From Phoronis australis (lineage: Eukaryota; Animalia; Phoronida): 64,000 bases of DNA. Every line of letters begins with the position of its first letter. Positions within the stretch are counted from its first letter, which is position 1. Both the position numbers and the translations under genes were made by a program. The stretch lies in contig NMRA01000125.1 of assembly GCA_002633005.1 (NCBI GenBank), positions 456,413 to 520,412 on the forward strand. The letters are read 5' to 3'. Below are positions 63,035-64,000 of this stretch, one piece after another. The notes beneath the pieces were generated by a model. The model ran no database searches and had not been told where the DNA came from. It worked only from the letters and a program-made list of their open reading frames with translations.

Positions 63035-63257
63035 CTTTCTGTTGCACTCTTGAAATCGTCGCTGTCTGATTCCGACACATCCCAGGCATCTGGGTAGCTA
63101 TCCAAGCATTCCTGTAAATCCCTGCTAGTATTCAAGTCTGGCAAGTGAGTATCAGGACGGACCTCAAATCGCCTCAGCCTGTCCAGTCTCTCCAGCAAAT
63201 TTCGAATCTTGGTTTGACTGTGGCGCAAACTCAATTCCAGATCCATCTCATGGTTCA
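63035..63257 (-). CDS. Fta4/Nkp1-like gene exon
   Basis: TATTAG| (L)NHEMDLELSLRHSQTKIRNLLERLDRL...LQECLDSYPDAWDVSESDSDDFKSATE AG|GTATTG. Confidence 0.8.
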
Positions 63258-63710
63258 CTAATAGGAAATAAAGTTTTTGTATCAAGTACGGTATGCATTG
63301 TGACCACCAAATTTAAACAGTTTACTTGGAGCCTGCCACTCGATCGGTCAACTTTGGCCCAGGACTCAGAGATCTGTATCTGAAAACTCAGACTTCCAAG
63401 ACAAACTTTGGGTGAACTCCTTCTCAAAGCAATCAAGTCCTGCTACAAAAAAATAATTTGTTTTCAAAGTTGAACCCACTTAGGTAGTGGTCACCCAAGT
63501 TTTTCGTACATTAGTAGCGCTGAACATGTGAGTGACTGTGAAAGTAATTGATAGACTTTGTAGAATAACAGAGAAGTGTGTTCATTTTACCTTGTCAATG
63601 GGACTGTTAAAGGAGACCTTTCATTCCAGTCACTCTTGAAGTCTTAAATTACCAGCCACAAAAAGAGCACATTGTGATCAATATCTAACAAATATTTAGT
63701 TAAAACTTAC

Positions 63711-63776
63711 ATTTTGAAATCATCTTGGAGACGATGCTGCGTGGAAGTTTATTTTTTGTTTGATCATGATCTTTCT
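63711..63776 (-). CDS. Fta4/Nkp1-like gene, most upstream exon seen
   Basis: TTTCAG| KDHDQTKNKLPRSIVSKMISK T|GTAAGT. Confidence 0.7.
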
Positions 63777-64000
63777 CTGAAATTGACAATTGACTTCAAT
63801 GAAACCACTGCAGAACTGCTGAAGTGTGTTTAAAGCTACATGCACAATGTGCATGTCGTCTATCAATAGACCAACGTTTGATTTAGACTATTTGCTGTTA
63901 TAAATAAAACCAATCCCAAGTTGTTGCTAATTCAGACCAAAAGTGACCACACAGATTTGGAAGGAGTGGAATTTCTTTTTTGCTTGCTGGAGACTACTAT

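Larger units (their letters stand above)
55668..63776 (-). other. Gene span (5'-truncated): helical/coiled-coil protein resembling kinetochore subunit Fta4/Nkp1
   Basis: complement(join(55668-55744,57955-58020,59440-59533,61030-61108,63035-63257,63711-63776)) = 605 nt, all GT-AG, phases 1/2/0/1/1, open to a TGA. Exon chain is well supported; family call is by motif recall only. Confidence 0.75.

Noticed and set aside
63035-63257. Mitoguardin (MIGA) or RMDN identity suggested by a coiled coil plus FFAT-like motif
   Set aside because: Downstream exons lack the MIGA C-terminal domain and RMDN TPR repeats, and the protein ends about 105 aa later.
63326-63442. Possible extra exon (TTGTAG acceptor, GTAAAC donor)
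   Set aside because: The frame needed to join the flanking phase-1 exons contains TGA stops; skipping it gives a continuous KMISK-LN helix.

Overview
Eukaryotic (invertebrate; lophotrochozoan/mollusc-like by inference) genomic scaffold with AT-rich introns, many DNA-transposon derivatives, one 477-nt N gap and several single-n contig joins. By hand-splicing GT-AG exons in frame I reconstruct three complete genes and one 5'-truncated gene: (1) TMEM180/MFSD13A MFS-type membrane protein (+, 11945-21768, 6 coding exons, 492 aa); (2) a type II membrane TNF-superfamily ligand (-, 42793-29857, 5 exons, 336 aa); (3) a C10orf88/PAAT homolog (+, 44118-54783, 7 exons, 355 aa), head-to-head with the TNF gene; (4) a helical/coiled-coil protein (-, >63776-55668, 6 exons seen, about 200 aa) whose motif order resembles the fungal inner-kinetochore subunit Fta4/Nkp1, the most interesting item. 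There is also an orphan signal-peptide first exon (-, 9517-9427). Non-coding highlights: a dispersed repeat carrying a minimal type I hammerhead-ribozyme motif in two introns, a fold-back Kolobok derivative, a piggyBac relic, and a repeat-derived CRE/YY1 palindrome upstream of TMEM180. All family assignments come from motif recognition, not from database searches.
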